Shown: in pieces, positions 48,771 through 61,470 of the stretch
Position numbering within the stretch: the stretch's first letter is position 1
Layout of the letters: every line of letters starts with the position of its first letter
Assembly: GCF_963921235.1 (NCBI RefSeq)
Contig: NC_086110.1
Span: forward strand, 806,001 to 870,000
Source: Mobula hypostoma
Lineage: Eukaryota
Direction of reading: 5' to 3'
Length of the DNA stretch: 64,000 bases
Made by a program: the position numbers and the translations under genes
The notes under the pieces: model-generated
What the model was told of the DNA's origin: nothing
What the model saw: only the letters and a program-made list of their open reading frames with translations
Databases searched by the model: none

Positions 48771-49554
48771 TGAAATCGGATAATCACGTAAATGAGACAC
48801 ATATTTTCCAAGCACCGTACAACATGCACATATTTTCCGCCATCTCATTTCCTCAGACATTACGTGCTCATCAAGTTATTATTAACCAATACTCTGAAGA
48901 TAATCAGGTTTTGTATTTATTTTAGATAATTCACTCTAAACAGGTTTGAAATATTTCCGGACTGACAATTTGCTGTCTTGCACTATTGTATAGAAAAAAA
49001 AGTATATATATATATATATATATATAAATCAATTCAACAACTAAAATAATGAGACACACCAAGTGTCCGGCGTCATTTGCTTAATTTTCTATCTTGATAT
49101 TTCAGGAAAAGTCAAACAACTAAAGCATATATTTCTAAAAGCCGAACCTCCAGTTACTTGATGCAAAGTAATATAGACGTGTTTACTGGACGCATTGACA
49201 TGATTATGTTATTGATCTGTACCTGGAGACTTAAACATCGATTATAGAAAAAAAAACAAGAAATGTCTGTACATAGAGTAAAATGGGAAATATTGGAAAT
49301 ACTCACCAGGTTAGGCAGTACTCGTAGAGAACAAAAGGAAGTTAACGTTTTGGAGCAAAGGCTTTATTGAAGTGAAGCAACTGCAGCAAATTTATGGATT
49401 AATTCTGCAAATTATCCAGGCATCACCAAGCTAAAAACGCAGTCCTGTTTCCGTTTAATTTTCAGTTGCATACAGAATGAAAATAAATACCGAATTTTGA
49501 CCAAACACGAGGAAATCTACGGATGCTGGAAATTCAAGCAACACGCACAAAATA

Positions 49555-50660
49555 AAACCATAAGAGAAAAGAGCAGAAGTCAGCCATTCGGCCCATTGAG
49601 TTTGCTTCCCCATTTTATCATTAGCTCATCCATTCTCCCATTCAGTCCCACAACCCCGCCTTCTCACTATCACATTTGATGCCCTGGCTACGCAGATACC
49701 TATTAATCTCTGCCTTAAATACACCCAAGGACTTGACCTCCAGCTGCCGCCTGTGGCAACAAATTCCGTAGACTCACCACCATCTGGCTAAAACAAATTT
49801 CTTCGCATCTCTGTTCTCATCGGGCGCCTTTCAACCCTTAAGCTATGTCCTCTCGTCTAGACCCCCCCCCCCCCGCATCATGGGAAACAACTTTGCCACA
49901 TCCACTCTGTCCATGCCTTTCAACATTCGAAATGTTTCTGTGAGTCCCCTCCCCAATTCTTCTAAACTCCAAGGAATACAATCCAAGAGCGGACAAGCGT
50001 TCTTCATATGTTAGCCCTCTCATTCCTGGAATCATTCTATTGAATCTTCTCTGTACCGTCTCCAACGTCAGAACATCCTTTCTTAAATAAGGAAACCGAA
50101 ACTGCCCACAGTACTCCAACTGAGGTCTCACAGGCGCCTTATAGATCCTCAACATTACATCCCTGCTCCTATACTTTATTCCTCTAGAAATGAATGCTAA
50201 CGTTGCATTCACCTTATTCACCGTCGACTCAACCCGGAGGTTTACATTAAGGGTATCCTGCACGAGGACTCCCAAGTCAGACTTTGAATTTTCTCCCCAT
50301 TTAAATAATAGTCTGTCCTTTTATTTCTTCTGCCAAAGTGCAGAACCATACACTGTCCAACATTGTATTTCATTTCCCACTTCTTTGCCCATTCATCTAA
50401 TCTATCCAAGTCTCTCTGCAGATTATCTATTTCCTCAGCACTACCAGCCCCTTGGCCTATATTCGTGTCATCAGCAAACTTAGCCACAAAGCTTTCTATT
50501 ACATTATCCAATTCGTTAAGGTACAACGTAAAAAGAAGCGGCCCCATCACGGACCCATGTGGAACACCACTGGTAACCGGCAGACAACCAGAATCGCATC
50601 CCTTTGTTCCCACTCTATGTTTACTGCCAAACAGCCAACGCCCTATCCACGTAAATCTAT
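49555..50660 (-). mobile_element. CR1 RT/3' fragment
   Basis: GVPHGSVMGPLLF, KFADD, RPQLEYCGQF, VQRRFNRMIPG; CCATAAG tail. Confidence 0.9.
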
Positions 50661-51676
50661 ATGTATGAGAGGTAAGTTTGTTAGGGTCCAAACTCCATAA
50701 ACAGAATCGGGTCCACGAGAGCCTCCTGTGCGTGTAGAACCGGCAGAGCGTGGAGGAGTACCGAAAGACTGAGACGGGCTATGTTGCTGGAACGAGGGAC
50801 CTGGGAGAAATTGCTCGTAGAAGGCCCCTTGCCTCTACCCGGGGAGCCGCCGTTTTCCGGAATCACTGGGACATTGATGCGTTGGTAATCCGATGTCTGT
50901 ACTACACGCACACGTTGTTGCTCAAGGTGTTTAAGTGAACTCTCCCTAACTGCATGTGTTTGGAGACGTTGGTGATGAGGCCACAGCAGTCTGCCAACGG
51001 AATTGACGATCTGGCGATGATGTGGCGAGTTATTCCGTACAATAATTGGTAATTGGGAGAGGAAGATTGACTGCTAGAATTTGGGAACGGTAACTACAGA
51101 AATCTTAGACCATTTGTAAATAGACTTCTAAAAAATATCTTATACGTGTGAAATTCACCAAGTGGCTGAAGAAAGAATAAAGATGCAGCTCATGTATGGA
51201 TTTTTCCATCAAGATGTTCCTTTGAGGAAACGATGTTGCCTATGGCCTACTTTATTATATGCCTTCAAGTACCTTGTTACTTACCCTTGCTAATCGACTC
51301 CAACATCTTCCCAAACACTGAGTTCAGACTAACTTGACACCATCCTTTCTTGTGTCCCTCTCCCTTCTTGAAGAGTAGAGTGGCATTTGAAAGTTTCTGG
51401 TCTTCCAGAAACATTCCAGAATCTAATGGATTCCTGGACGATCATTACTTAGGCTTCCACGATTTCTTCAGCCATCATTTTCAGAACTCTGGGGTGAACA
51501 TTATCTAGTCTAGATGACTTGTCTACATTCAGACCTTTCAGTTTCCCAGGAACCTTTTCTCTAGTAATGGTAACTCCCCACACTTGATGCTCACTGACAC
51601 ATGGAATATCCACTATTGTGCTAGTGTCTTCCCCAGTGAAGACTGATGAAACATACTTATTCAGTTCGTGGATGTA

Positions 51677-52496
51677 CAGTGGTGTGCAAAAGTTTAGGCA
51701 CCATTGATCAAAATTTTTATAGCGAGAGGATTCGAGTACAGGAGCAGGGAGGTACTACTGCAGTTGTACAAGGCCTTGTTGAGACCACACCTGGAGTATT
51801 GTGTGCAGTTTTGGTCCCCTAATCTGAGGAAAGACATCCATGTCATAGAGGGAGTACAAAGAAGGTTCACCAGATTGATTCCTGAGATGGCAGGACTTTC
51901 ATATATAGAAAGACTGGATGAACTGGGCTTGTACTCGTTGGAATTTAGAAGATTGAGGGGGGATCTGATTGAAACGTATAAAATCCTAAAGGGATTGGAC
52001 AACGACTTTGGCAAGTATCACAGCTTGTAAAAGCTTTCTGTAGCCAACTAAGAGTCTTTTAATTCTTGTTTGGGGGAAATTCGACCATTCTTCCTTGCAA
52101 AAAAGCGTCTAGCTGTGTGAGATTCTCGGGCCGTCTTACATACACTGCTCTTTTATGGTCTATCCGGGTATTTTGTATAATGGTTAGGTCGGGGGACTGT
52201 GAGTGCCATGGCTAAACGTTCAGTTTGCGCCTCTTGATGTCGTCCATTGTGGATTTTCAGGTGTGTTTTGGATCATTATCCTGTTGTAGAAACCACCCTT
52301 TTTTCATCTTCAGCTTTTTGTTTTTACAGACGGTGTGATTTATCCTTCCAGAAATTGCTGGTATTTAATTGAATCCATTCTCCCCTACCAGTGAAATGTT
52401 CCCCGTGCCACTGGCTGCAACACAAACCCTAAGCATGATCGATGCACCCCCGTTCTTAACAGTTGGAGAGGTGTTCTTTTAATGAAATTCTTCACC
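51677..52496 (-). mobile_element. Tc1-like DNA transposon end, interrupted by a CR1 piece (51716-52000) and the LTR array
   Basis: TA|CAGTGGTGTGCAAAAGTTTAGGCACC terminal repeat, related to the TIR at 63266; 52020-52496 resembles antisense Tc1 transposase sequence. Confidence 0.72.
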
Positions 52497-54471
52497 TGCC
52501 ATGGTCCGGATCGGGGTCCCTTTAAATTTACCTTGTTTAAGTTACGATCAGGACCGTTGAATCCCTGTTTTCTCGTGTCGCTCGGCTTTGGTGATTGCAG
52601 GCAATTAACGCTCGGCTGAACCGGGTAGTTTATAGTCTCCGGCATTCAGCTGTTCAGCTCGGGAGCATCTGCAAGGTCATCAAAGGTACGGTGTGCTGAT
52701 GTCATCTGGCCGGAGCAAGCCTGGACTCTGCCGGAGCGAGTGCCGGTAATTCGTCCTTCCTCACTGGAGCAACCCTGTCCAGTTACCTCGCCGAAGCCAG
52801 CCTGCAAAGTTTCCTCATCAAGGTGGGTCCGTCAGTTAACCCGCCGGAGACAATCAGGAGCCGCTGTCTACTGTTTCTGGGCCGAGTCCAGAGCTCACCA
52901 CAACCCGGAGGTTCCAAGTACCACGTCCTGGCTTCGGCGCCATCCAGGTGCCACGTCCAAGTCCAAGTCCTGGATCCGGTGGCATCCAAGTACCACGTCC
53001 AAGTCCAAGTCCTGGATCTAGCGGCATCCGAGTACCAAGTCAAGTCCTAGCTCTGGCGGCATCTGAGTACCAAGACAAGTCTTGGCCCTGGCAGCATCCG
53101 AGTACCAAGTCAAGTCCTGGCCCGGGTGGCATCCATATACCATTTCCAAGTCCAAGTCCTGGCTCCGGTGGCAGCCAAGTACCACGTCCAAGTCATGTCC
53201 TGTCCCTGGCGGCATCTGCGTGCTATGTCAAGTCCTGGCCCTGGCGGCATCCGCGTGCTATGTCATGTCCTGTCCCTGGCGGCACCCGAGTACCAAGACA
53301 TGTCCTGTCCCTGGCGGCATCCGAGTACCAAGTCAAGTCCTGTCCTGTTGGCATCCAAGTACCACGTCCAAGTCCAATTCCTGTCCCTGTAGCATCCGAG
53401 TACCAAGTCAAGTCCTGTCCCGGAGCTAGATAGGAACTGTCGTGCTCTATGGTATCTGTCTTGTCCTGTCCTCGCCTCCGTAGGGTAAGTCAGGCCGTCT
53501 TGCCGTTGATCCGCGGGGGGTAATGTCTTGTCTTGTCCAAGTACCGGAGTACCAAGTACCAAGTCCAAGTCCTGGCCCTGGCGGCATCCGAGTACCTGGT
53601 CAAGTCCTGTCCCTGGTGGCATCCGAGTTTTTAGTCTAGTTCTGGCCCTGGCGGAATGTGATTCCTGTCTTACCCCTGTCTGAATCCCTTCTCTGCCCCT
53701 CTCGCCTCAAGCCCTCGTCTGTAGCCCTCTCCTGCACCTCGGTCTAGTTCTATCACTGGAGCTAGATAGGAACTGTCTTGTTCTTTGGTATTTGTCTTGT
53801 CCTGTCCTCGCCTCCGTGGGGTAAATCAGGCCGTCTTGCCATTGCTCCGCGTGGGGTCATGTCTTGTCTTGTCTTGTCCTCGCCTCCGTGGGGTAAGTCA
53901 GGCCGTTTTTCCGTTGCTCCGCGGGGGTCATGTCTTGTCTGGTCTTCACCTCCGTGGGGTAAGTCAGGCCGTCTTGCCCTTGCCCTGCGGAGGCTCATGA
54001 GTCCCGGCCCTATGTCTTGGACCCAAGGAGGTGTCCCGACTCTCTGTTCTGTGTGTGAGTCCCGGCCCTATGTCCTGTACCCAAGGAGGGGTCCCGACTC
54101 TGTGTTCTGTGTATGTCTGCATGGTTCCATGGACCTAGTGCCCATGTCATGTACTTGCCGGGTTCTGGGGTCCGAGTCCGAGGCAGGATCCAGGTAGTGG
54201 ATCCTTGCCCACTCTCGGGCGCGGAGTCCATACCCGAGCCTCTTCATGCCTCCTCTAGTTCTGGGAGCCGATTCCAAGTCCTAGCCCAGGCCCCTAGTCC
54301 CAGTCTGGTCATAGTCCTGAGTCCTTGTCCAGTTTGCTATTTCCTGCTCCTGCCTTGCTCTCCTGGTATCGAACAATAAATTAAATCTAAGTGTATCACA
54401 AGATCTGTCGCGCATTTGGGTCCACCCTTGCTCCCAATGCCGCCTCCCCCCCCCCCCCCACAAGTGTGACA
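52497..54471 (+). mobile_element. LTR1 (1975 bp) of a tandem LTR array, expanded by ~25-35 bp tandem repeats (~52900-53640)
   Basis: TGCCATGG start, TATA at 52631, AATAAA near 54375, GTGACA end followed by the PBS-position sequence GAACGCTCTCG and ATGGACCCAGCA. Confidence 0.88.
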
Positions 54472-54559
54472 GAACGCTCTCGCCAAACATGGACCCAGCA
54501 GGCATAAACAGTTTTTCCAAACTCTTGTCAGCTAGAAAGTCGACCACCCTATACAGCGG

Positions 54560-57500
54560 GCAGCTGTCGGAGCGGTAGCAGAGTGTAGGGCTTTGGCTTC
54601 AACGGGCTTCGGCGATAAACGGGAAGAGGCGAGAGCGAAGCGCCAACTCTTGTTTTTTTATCTTTTCCTTCCCCCCCACCCCCCCCCCCCCCCGCCACCC
54701 CTTTCGCGAATCGGCCCGGACAGACAGGAACAGCAGGGCTCTTACAGCTAACGGTACGAGCTAACGGTTTAAAAAGGTTTGCCTGTTTAGCGAGGTAAAT
54801 GTGTGAGTAGACTTATTTTTCCTGTTTCATTCGTGTAGAATTAGATTGCATGCCTGCAGGGTTAGTGCTTTGTTCAGGGTGTCAGATGTGGGAATCCTGG
54901 GAGACCTCCAGCCTCCCTGATGGCCACATCTGCAGCAGCTGCACCGAGCTGCAGCTCCTCAGAGACCGTGTTAGGGATCTGGAGCTGCAGCTTGATGACC
55001 TACTGCTTATCAGGGAAAGTGAAGAAGTGATCGACAGGAGCTACAGGGAGGTAGCCATCCCTAGGCTACAGGAGTCAGTAGTCATCCCTATGGTACAGGA
55101 GTGAGAACAATGGTTCACTATCAAGAGAGGGAAGGGAAATGTCCGGAGAGTGGAGAGCCCCCCTGTGGCTGTCCCCCTCAGCAACAAATATCTTGTTCTG
55201 GATGCTGTTGAGGGGGATGACCTGACGGGGGACGTCCACGTGACCTGGTCTGTTGTGCAGGAGAAAAGGAGGGAGAAGAGAAATGCAGTAGTCGTGGGGG
55301 ATTCTATAGTCAGGGGAACAGACAGGAGATTCTGTGAGCCTGACAGAGATACCCGCATGGTGTGTTGCCTCCCAGGTGCCAGGGTTCGGGATGTCTCGGA
55401 TCGGGTCCTGAATATTCTAAAGGGGGAGGGTGAGCAGCCAGTTGTCTTGGTACATGTGGGTACCAAGGACATAGATAGGGCAAAAGAGGAGGTCCTCAAG
55501 AGAGATTTCCAGGAGTTAGGAAGGAAGCAGAGAAGCAGGACCTCCAGGGTAGTAATCTCGGGATTGCTACCTGTGCCACGTGCTAGCGAGGGCAAGAGTA
55601 GTCGGATCAGGCAGATGAATGCCTGGCTGAGAGACTGGTGTAGGGGGCAGGGCTTCAGATTTTTGGATAATTGGGATCTCTTCTGGGGAATGTATGACCT
55701 GTTCAAAAAGGACAGGTTACACCTGAACCCGAAGGGGACCAATATCCTGGCGGGAAAGTTTAATAGAGCTGTTAGGGAGGGTTTAAACTAATTTGGCAGG
55801 GGGGGGGGAGGTGGGAACCGGAATGATAGAGCGGAGGAAGGGGAAAACAGAAATAAATCTAAGATAGTGAGCAGGAAAGATGTCAGGAAAGACAGGCACG
55901 TGATGGGGCAAATGTGTAGCCATTGAGATGAGTTGAAGTGCAATAAAGTTGCAGTGAAATCAAAGCAAAAAGTATCAAATACTGGTCTTAAGCTGTTGTA
56001 CTTAAATGCACACAACATAAGGAATAAGGTGGATGATCTTGTTGTACAGCTACAGATTGGCAGGTATGATATTGTGGGCATTAGTGAGACCTGGCTAAAG
56101 GATGCATGTCTCTGGGAGCTGAACGTCTAAAGATACACGGTGTATAGGAAGGTAGGCAGAGGGGGAGGCGTGGCTTTATTGGTAAGAAAAGATATTAAAT
56201 CATTAGAAAGAGGTGATATAGGATGGGAAGGTGCAGAATCTTTATGGGTTGAGCTAAGGAATAGCAGGGGTAAAAGGACCCTGATGGCAGTTATTTATAG
56301 GCCTCCAAACAGCTGCAGTGATGTGGACTACAAATTACAACTGAAAATAGAAAGGGCTTGTCAGAAGGGTAGTGTTATGATAATTGTGGGAGATTTTAAC
56401 ATGCGAGTAGATTAGAAAAATCAGGTCAGCACTGGATCTCAAGAGAGAATTTGTATAATGTCTGCGAGATGGCTTTTTAGAACAGCTTGTTGTTGAGCCC
56501 ACTGGGGATCGGCTGTACTGGATTGGGTATTGTGTAATTAACCGGAGGGGATTGGAAAGATTGAGGTGAAGGAACCCTTAGGAGGCGGTGATCATAACAT
56601 GATTGAGTTCACTGCGAAATTAGAAAAAGAGAAGCCGAAATCTGATGTGTCGGTGTTTCAGTGGAGTAAAGGAAATTACAGTGGCATGACAGAGGAACTG
56701 GCCAAAGTTGACTGGAAAGGGACACTGGCGGGAAAGACGGCAGAGCAGCAGTGGCTGGAGTTTATGCGAGAAATGAGGAAGGTGCAAGACAAGTATATTC
56801 CAAAAAAGAAGAAATTTTCGAGTGGAAAAAGGATGCAACCGTGGTTGACAAAAGAAGTCAAAGCCAAAGTTAAAGCAAAGGAGAAGGCATACATGGAAGC
56901 AAAAATTAGTGGGAAGACAGAGGATTGGGAAGTTTTTGGAAATCTTACAAAAGGAAACCAAGAAGTTCATAAAGAGAGAAAAGATTAACTATGAAAGGAA
57001 ACTAGCAAATAATATCAAAGAGGATACTAAAAGCTTTTTCAAGTATATAAAGAGTTAAAGACAGGTGAGAGTAGATATAGGACCGATAGAAAATGATACT
57101 GGAGAAATTGTACTGGGGGATGAGGAGATGGCAGAGGAACTGAACAAGTATTTTGCATCAGTCTTCACTGAGGAAGACAGCAGGATACTGGACACAAGTG
57201 TGGCAGGGAAGAGAAGTGTGCGCAGTCACAATTACGACAGAGAAAGTACTCAGGAAGCTGAAAAGGCTAAAGGTCGATAAATCTCCTGGACCAGATGGAA
57301 TGCACCCTCGTGTTCTGAAGGAAGTAGCTGTAGAGATTGCGGAGGCATTAACGATGATCTTTCAAAAGTCGATAGATTCTGGCATGGTTCCAGAAGACTG
57401 GAAGATTGCAAATGTCACTCCGCTATTTAAGAAGGGGGCAAGGAAGCAAAAAGGAAATTATAGACCTGTTAGCTTGACGTCGGTAGTTGGGAAGTTGTTG

Positions 57501-58853
57501 GAGTCTATTGTCAAGGGTGAGGTTACAGAGTACCTGGAGGCATATGACAAGATAAACAGAACTCAGAATGGATTCCTTAAAGGAAAATCCTGCCTGTCAA
57601 ACCTATTACAATTTTTTGAGGAAATTACCAGTAGGCTAGACGAGGGAGATGCAGTGGATGTCATATATTTGGATTTTCAGAAGGAAGGCTTTTGACAAGG
57701 TGCCGCACATGAGGCTACTTAACAAGATAAGAGCCCATGGAATTACTGGAAAGTTACATACATGGATAGAGCGTTGGCTGATTGGCAGGAAAAAGAGTTG
57801 GAATAAAGGGATCCTATTCTGGTTGGCTGCCGGTTACCAGTGGTGTTCCACAGGGATCAGTGTTGGAGCCGCTTCTTTTTACATTGTACATCAACGATTT
57901 GGATTATGGAATAGATGGCTTTGTGGCTAAGTTTGCTGACGATACGAAGATAGGTGGAGGGGGCGGTAGTGCTGAGGAAACAGAGTCTGCAGAGAGACTT
58001 GGATAGATTGGAAGAATGGGCAGAGAAGTGGCAAAGGATGTACAACGTTGGAAAGTGTATGGTTATGCACTTTGGCAGAAAAAAATAAACGGGCAGACTA
58101 TTATTTAAATGATCTGAGATGCAACGGGACTTGGGAGCCCTCGTACAGGATTCCCTTAAAGTTAACCTCCAGGTTGAGTCAGTAGTGAAGAAGGCGAATG
58201 CAATGTTGGCATTAATTTCTACAGGAATAGAGTTTAGGAGCAGGGATGTGATGTTGATGCTCTTTAAGGCGCTGCTGAGACCTCACTTGGAGTACTGTGG
58301 GCAGTTTTGGTCTCCTTATTTAAGAAAGGATGTGCTGACGTTGGAGAGGGTACAGAGAAGATCCACTAGAATGATTTCGGGAATGAGAGCGTTGACATAT
58401 GAGGAATCTTTGTCCGCTCTTGGACTGTATTCCTTGGAGTTTAGAAGAATGAGGGGAGACCTCATAGAAACATTTCGAATGTTAAAAGGCATGGACAGAG
58501 CGGATGTAGCAAAATTATTTCCCATGATGGGGGAGTCTAGTACGAGAGGGCATGACTTCAGGATTGAAGGGCGCACTTTCAGGACAGAAATGCGAGGTTT
58601 TTCTTTTTAGTCAGAGGGTGGTGAATCTGTGAAATTTGTTGTCACGGGCAGCAGTGGAGGCCAAGTCATTGGGTGTATTTAAGGCAGAGATTGATAGGTA
58701 TCTGAGTAGCCAGGGCATCAAAGGTTATGGTGAGAAGGCGGGGCAGTGGGTCTAAATAGGATAAAATGGATCAGGTCATGATAAAATGGCGGAGCAGACT
58801 CGATGGGCCGAATGGCCTACTTCTGCTCCTTTGTCTTATGGTCTTATGGTCTA
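54560..58853 (+). mobile_element. Near full-length CR1 inserted in the short internal region of the LTR array
   Basis: 5' UTR; ORF1 with CxxC..CxxC (54850) and esterase motifs (55150-55791); frameshifted ORF2; (CTTATGGT)n tail. Confidence 0.93.
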
Positions 58854-58972
58854 AATCAAGGTGTTTTTGTTCTGTTTTGCCCGCCGGCCAAATCCCGGTC
58901 CACACCCCCGGGTCATCGATAATACAGGCAAGCCTGTTGGTGTCCTGGAGGCTCCCACTGGAACGGTGGTAC

Positions 58973-60215
58973 TGTCTTGGTCCTGATCGAGGTCTCTTTA
59001 AATTTCCCTTGTTTATATTACGATCCGTTCCGTTGATTCCCTGTTTTAATGTGTCCCTCGGCTTTGGTGATGAGAGGCAATTAATGCTCGGCTGAACCGG
59101 TAGTTTATAATCTCCGGCTTTCAGTTGTTCAGCTCGGGAGCGTCTGCAAGGTCATCAAAGGTACGGTGAGCCGATGTCACCCGGCCGGAGCAAGCCTAGT
59201 CTCTACCGAAGCGAGTGCAGGTATTTCGCCCTTCCTCACCGTAGCAACGCTGTCCACTTACCTCGCCGAAGCGAGCCTGCAAAGTTTCCTCATCAAGATG
59301 GGTCCGTCAGCTAACACGCCGGAGAGAATCAGGAGCCGCTGTCAACTGTTCCTAGACTGAGTCCAGAGGTCGCAACTACCGGGAGGTCCCAATACCAAGC
59401 CCTGGCCCCGGCGGCATCCAAGTACGACTTCCAAGCCCTGGCCCTGGCGGCATCCAAGTACCACGTCCAAGTCCTGTCTTCGGCGGCATCCGAGTACCAA
59501 GTCAGTTCCTGGCCCTTGTGTCATCCGAGTACCTAGTCAAGTCCTGATCCTGGCGGTCTGTGATTCCTTTCCTACCCCCCTGTCTGGATCCCCTCTCTGC
59601 CCCTGTCGCCTCTAGTCCTCGGCTGTAACCCTCGCCTGCTCCTCGGTCTAGTTCAATCATTGGAGCTAGATAGGAACTGCGTTGTTCTTTAATGTTTGTC
59701 TTGGCTTGTCCTCGTCTCCGTGGGGTAAGTCAGGCCGTCTTGCCATTGCACCGCGGAGGGTTATGAGTCCCGGCCCTATGTCCTGTACCCAAGGAGGGGT
59801 CCCGACTCTGTGTTCTGTGTATGTATCCATGGTTCCATGTACCTGCTCTCCCGAGCCCGAGGCTCTGGTTGCCATGTTCCTCCGCTCCCTAGCCCATGAC
59901 ACGTCCATGCCCGGTTCTGGGGTCCGAGCCCGAGGCAAGACCCAGGTACTACGTCCTTGCCCAGTCTCGGGTTCGGAGTCCATACCCAGCCTCTTCATGT
60001 CTGCTCTAGGTCTGGGAGCCGATTCCCAGTCCTAGCCAGGACCCCTAGTCTCGTTACTAGTAGTCCTGAGTCCCTGTCCAGTCGCTAATCCTGCTCCTGC
60101 CTAGCTCTCCTGGTTCGAACAATAAACTAAATCTTAGGAACCTCACAAGATGTGTCTAGCATTTAGGTCCACCCTTCTTCCCAATGCCCACCCCCTCACC
60201 CCCGCCAGTGTGACA
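58973..60215 (+). mobile_element. LTR2 (1243 bp) of the tandem LTR array
   Basis: TGTCTTGG...GTGACA; TATAA at 59106; AATAAA near 60120; followed by the same PBS and ATGGACCCAGCAG. Confidence 0.9.
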
Positions 60216-60396
60216 GAACGCTCTCGCTAAACATGGACCCAGCAGACACAAACTGTTTTTCCAAACGCTTGTCAGCCTTAAAGTCAAGGTGTTGTTCTGT
60301 ATTTCCCGCCGACAAATTCCCCTCCAACCTACCGCATCATAGATAATACAGGCAAATCTGTTGGCCGCCTGGACACTCCCATTGGGAGGGGGATAC
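60216..60396 (+). other. 181-bp non-coding internal region: PBS, MDPA gag start remnant, polypurine tract
   Basis: GAACGCTCTCG...ATGGACCCAGCA...GGGAGGGGGATAC|TGT; homologous to 54472-54540 joined to 58855-58972. Confidence 0.85.
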
Positions 60397-61470
60397 TGTC
60401 CTGTTCCGGATCAGGGTCCCTTTAAATTTACTTTGTTTACGTAACGATCCGGACCGTTGATTCCCTGTTTTCCCGTGTCCCTCGGCTTTGGTGATGAGAG
60501 GCAATTAACGCTCGTCTGAACCGGTAGTTTACAGTCTCCGGCTTTCAGCTGTTCCGCTCGGTAGCGTCTGCAAGGTCATCAAAGGTACCGTGTGCCGATG
60601 TCATCTGGCCGGAGCAAGCCTCGTCTCTGCCGAAGCGAATGCCGGTAATTCGCCCTTTTTCACCGCAGCAACCCTGTCCAGTTACCTCGCCGAAGCGAGC
60701 TTGCAAAAATTCCTCATCAAGGTGGGTCCGTCAGTTAACCCGCCGAAGAGTATCAGGATCCACTGTCTACAGTTCCTGGGCCGAGTCTAGAGCTTGCCAC
60801 TACCCAGAGGTCCCAAGCAGCACGTCCTGGCTCCGGCGACATCCAAGTACCACGTCCAAGTCCTGGCTCCGGTGGCCCCCAAGTACCACGTCCAAGTTCT
60901 GTCCCTGGCGGCATTAGAGTACCAAGTCAAGTCCTGGTGCTGGCGGCATCCGAGTACCTAATCTGGCCCCTTTGGTCTGTGATTCCTGTCATACCCCCCT
61001 GTCTGAATACTCTCTCTGCCCCTCTCGCCTCTAGCCCTCGTCTTTAGCCCTCGCCTGCACCTCGGTCTAGGTCTATCACTGGAGCTAGACAGGAACTGTG
61101 TTGTTCTTTGTTATTTGTCTTGTCTGGACCTCGCCTCCGCGGGGTAATCAGGCCTTCTTGCCGTTGTTCCGCGGGGGGTCATGTCTTGCCTTGTCCTCGC
61201 CTACGTGGGCTAAGTCACGCCATCTTGCCGTTGCCTCGCAGGGGGTCTCGTCTTGTTCTCGCCTCCGTGGGGTAAGTCAGCCCGTATTGCCGTTGCCCCA
61301 CAGTGGGTCATGAGTCCCTGCCATATGTCCTGTACCCTAGGAGGGGTCCCGGCTCTCTGTTCTGTGTATGTGTCCATGATTCCATTTACCCGCTCTCCCG
61401 AGACCGAAGCTCTGTTTTCCATGTTCCTCCTCTCCCTAGTCCATGACATTTCCATGCCTGGTTCTGGCGT
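60397..61470 (+). mobile_element. LTR3 of the tandem LTR array, 3'-truncated
   Basis: Colinear with LTR2 up to ccatgcctggttctgg, then unrelated sequence. Confidence 0.88.

Noticed and set aside
52900-53640. CRISPR-like array or repetitive protein genes
   Set aside because: Degenerate head-to-tail minisatellite without unique spacers, inside an LTR of a vertebrate genome; the ORFs are by-products.
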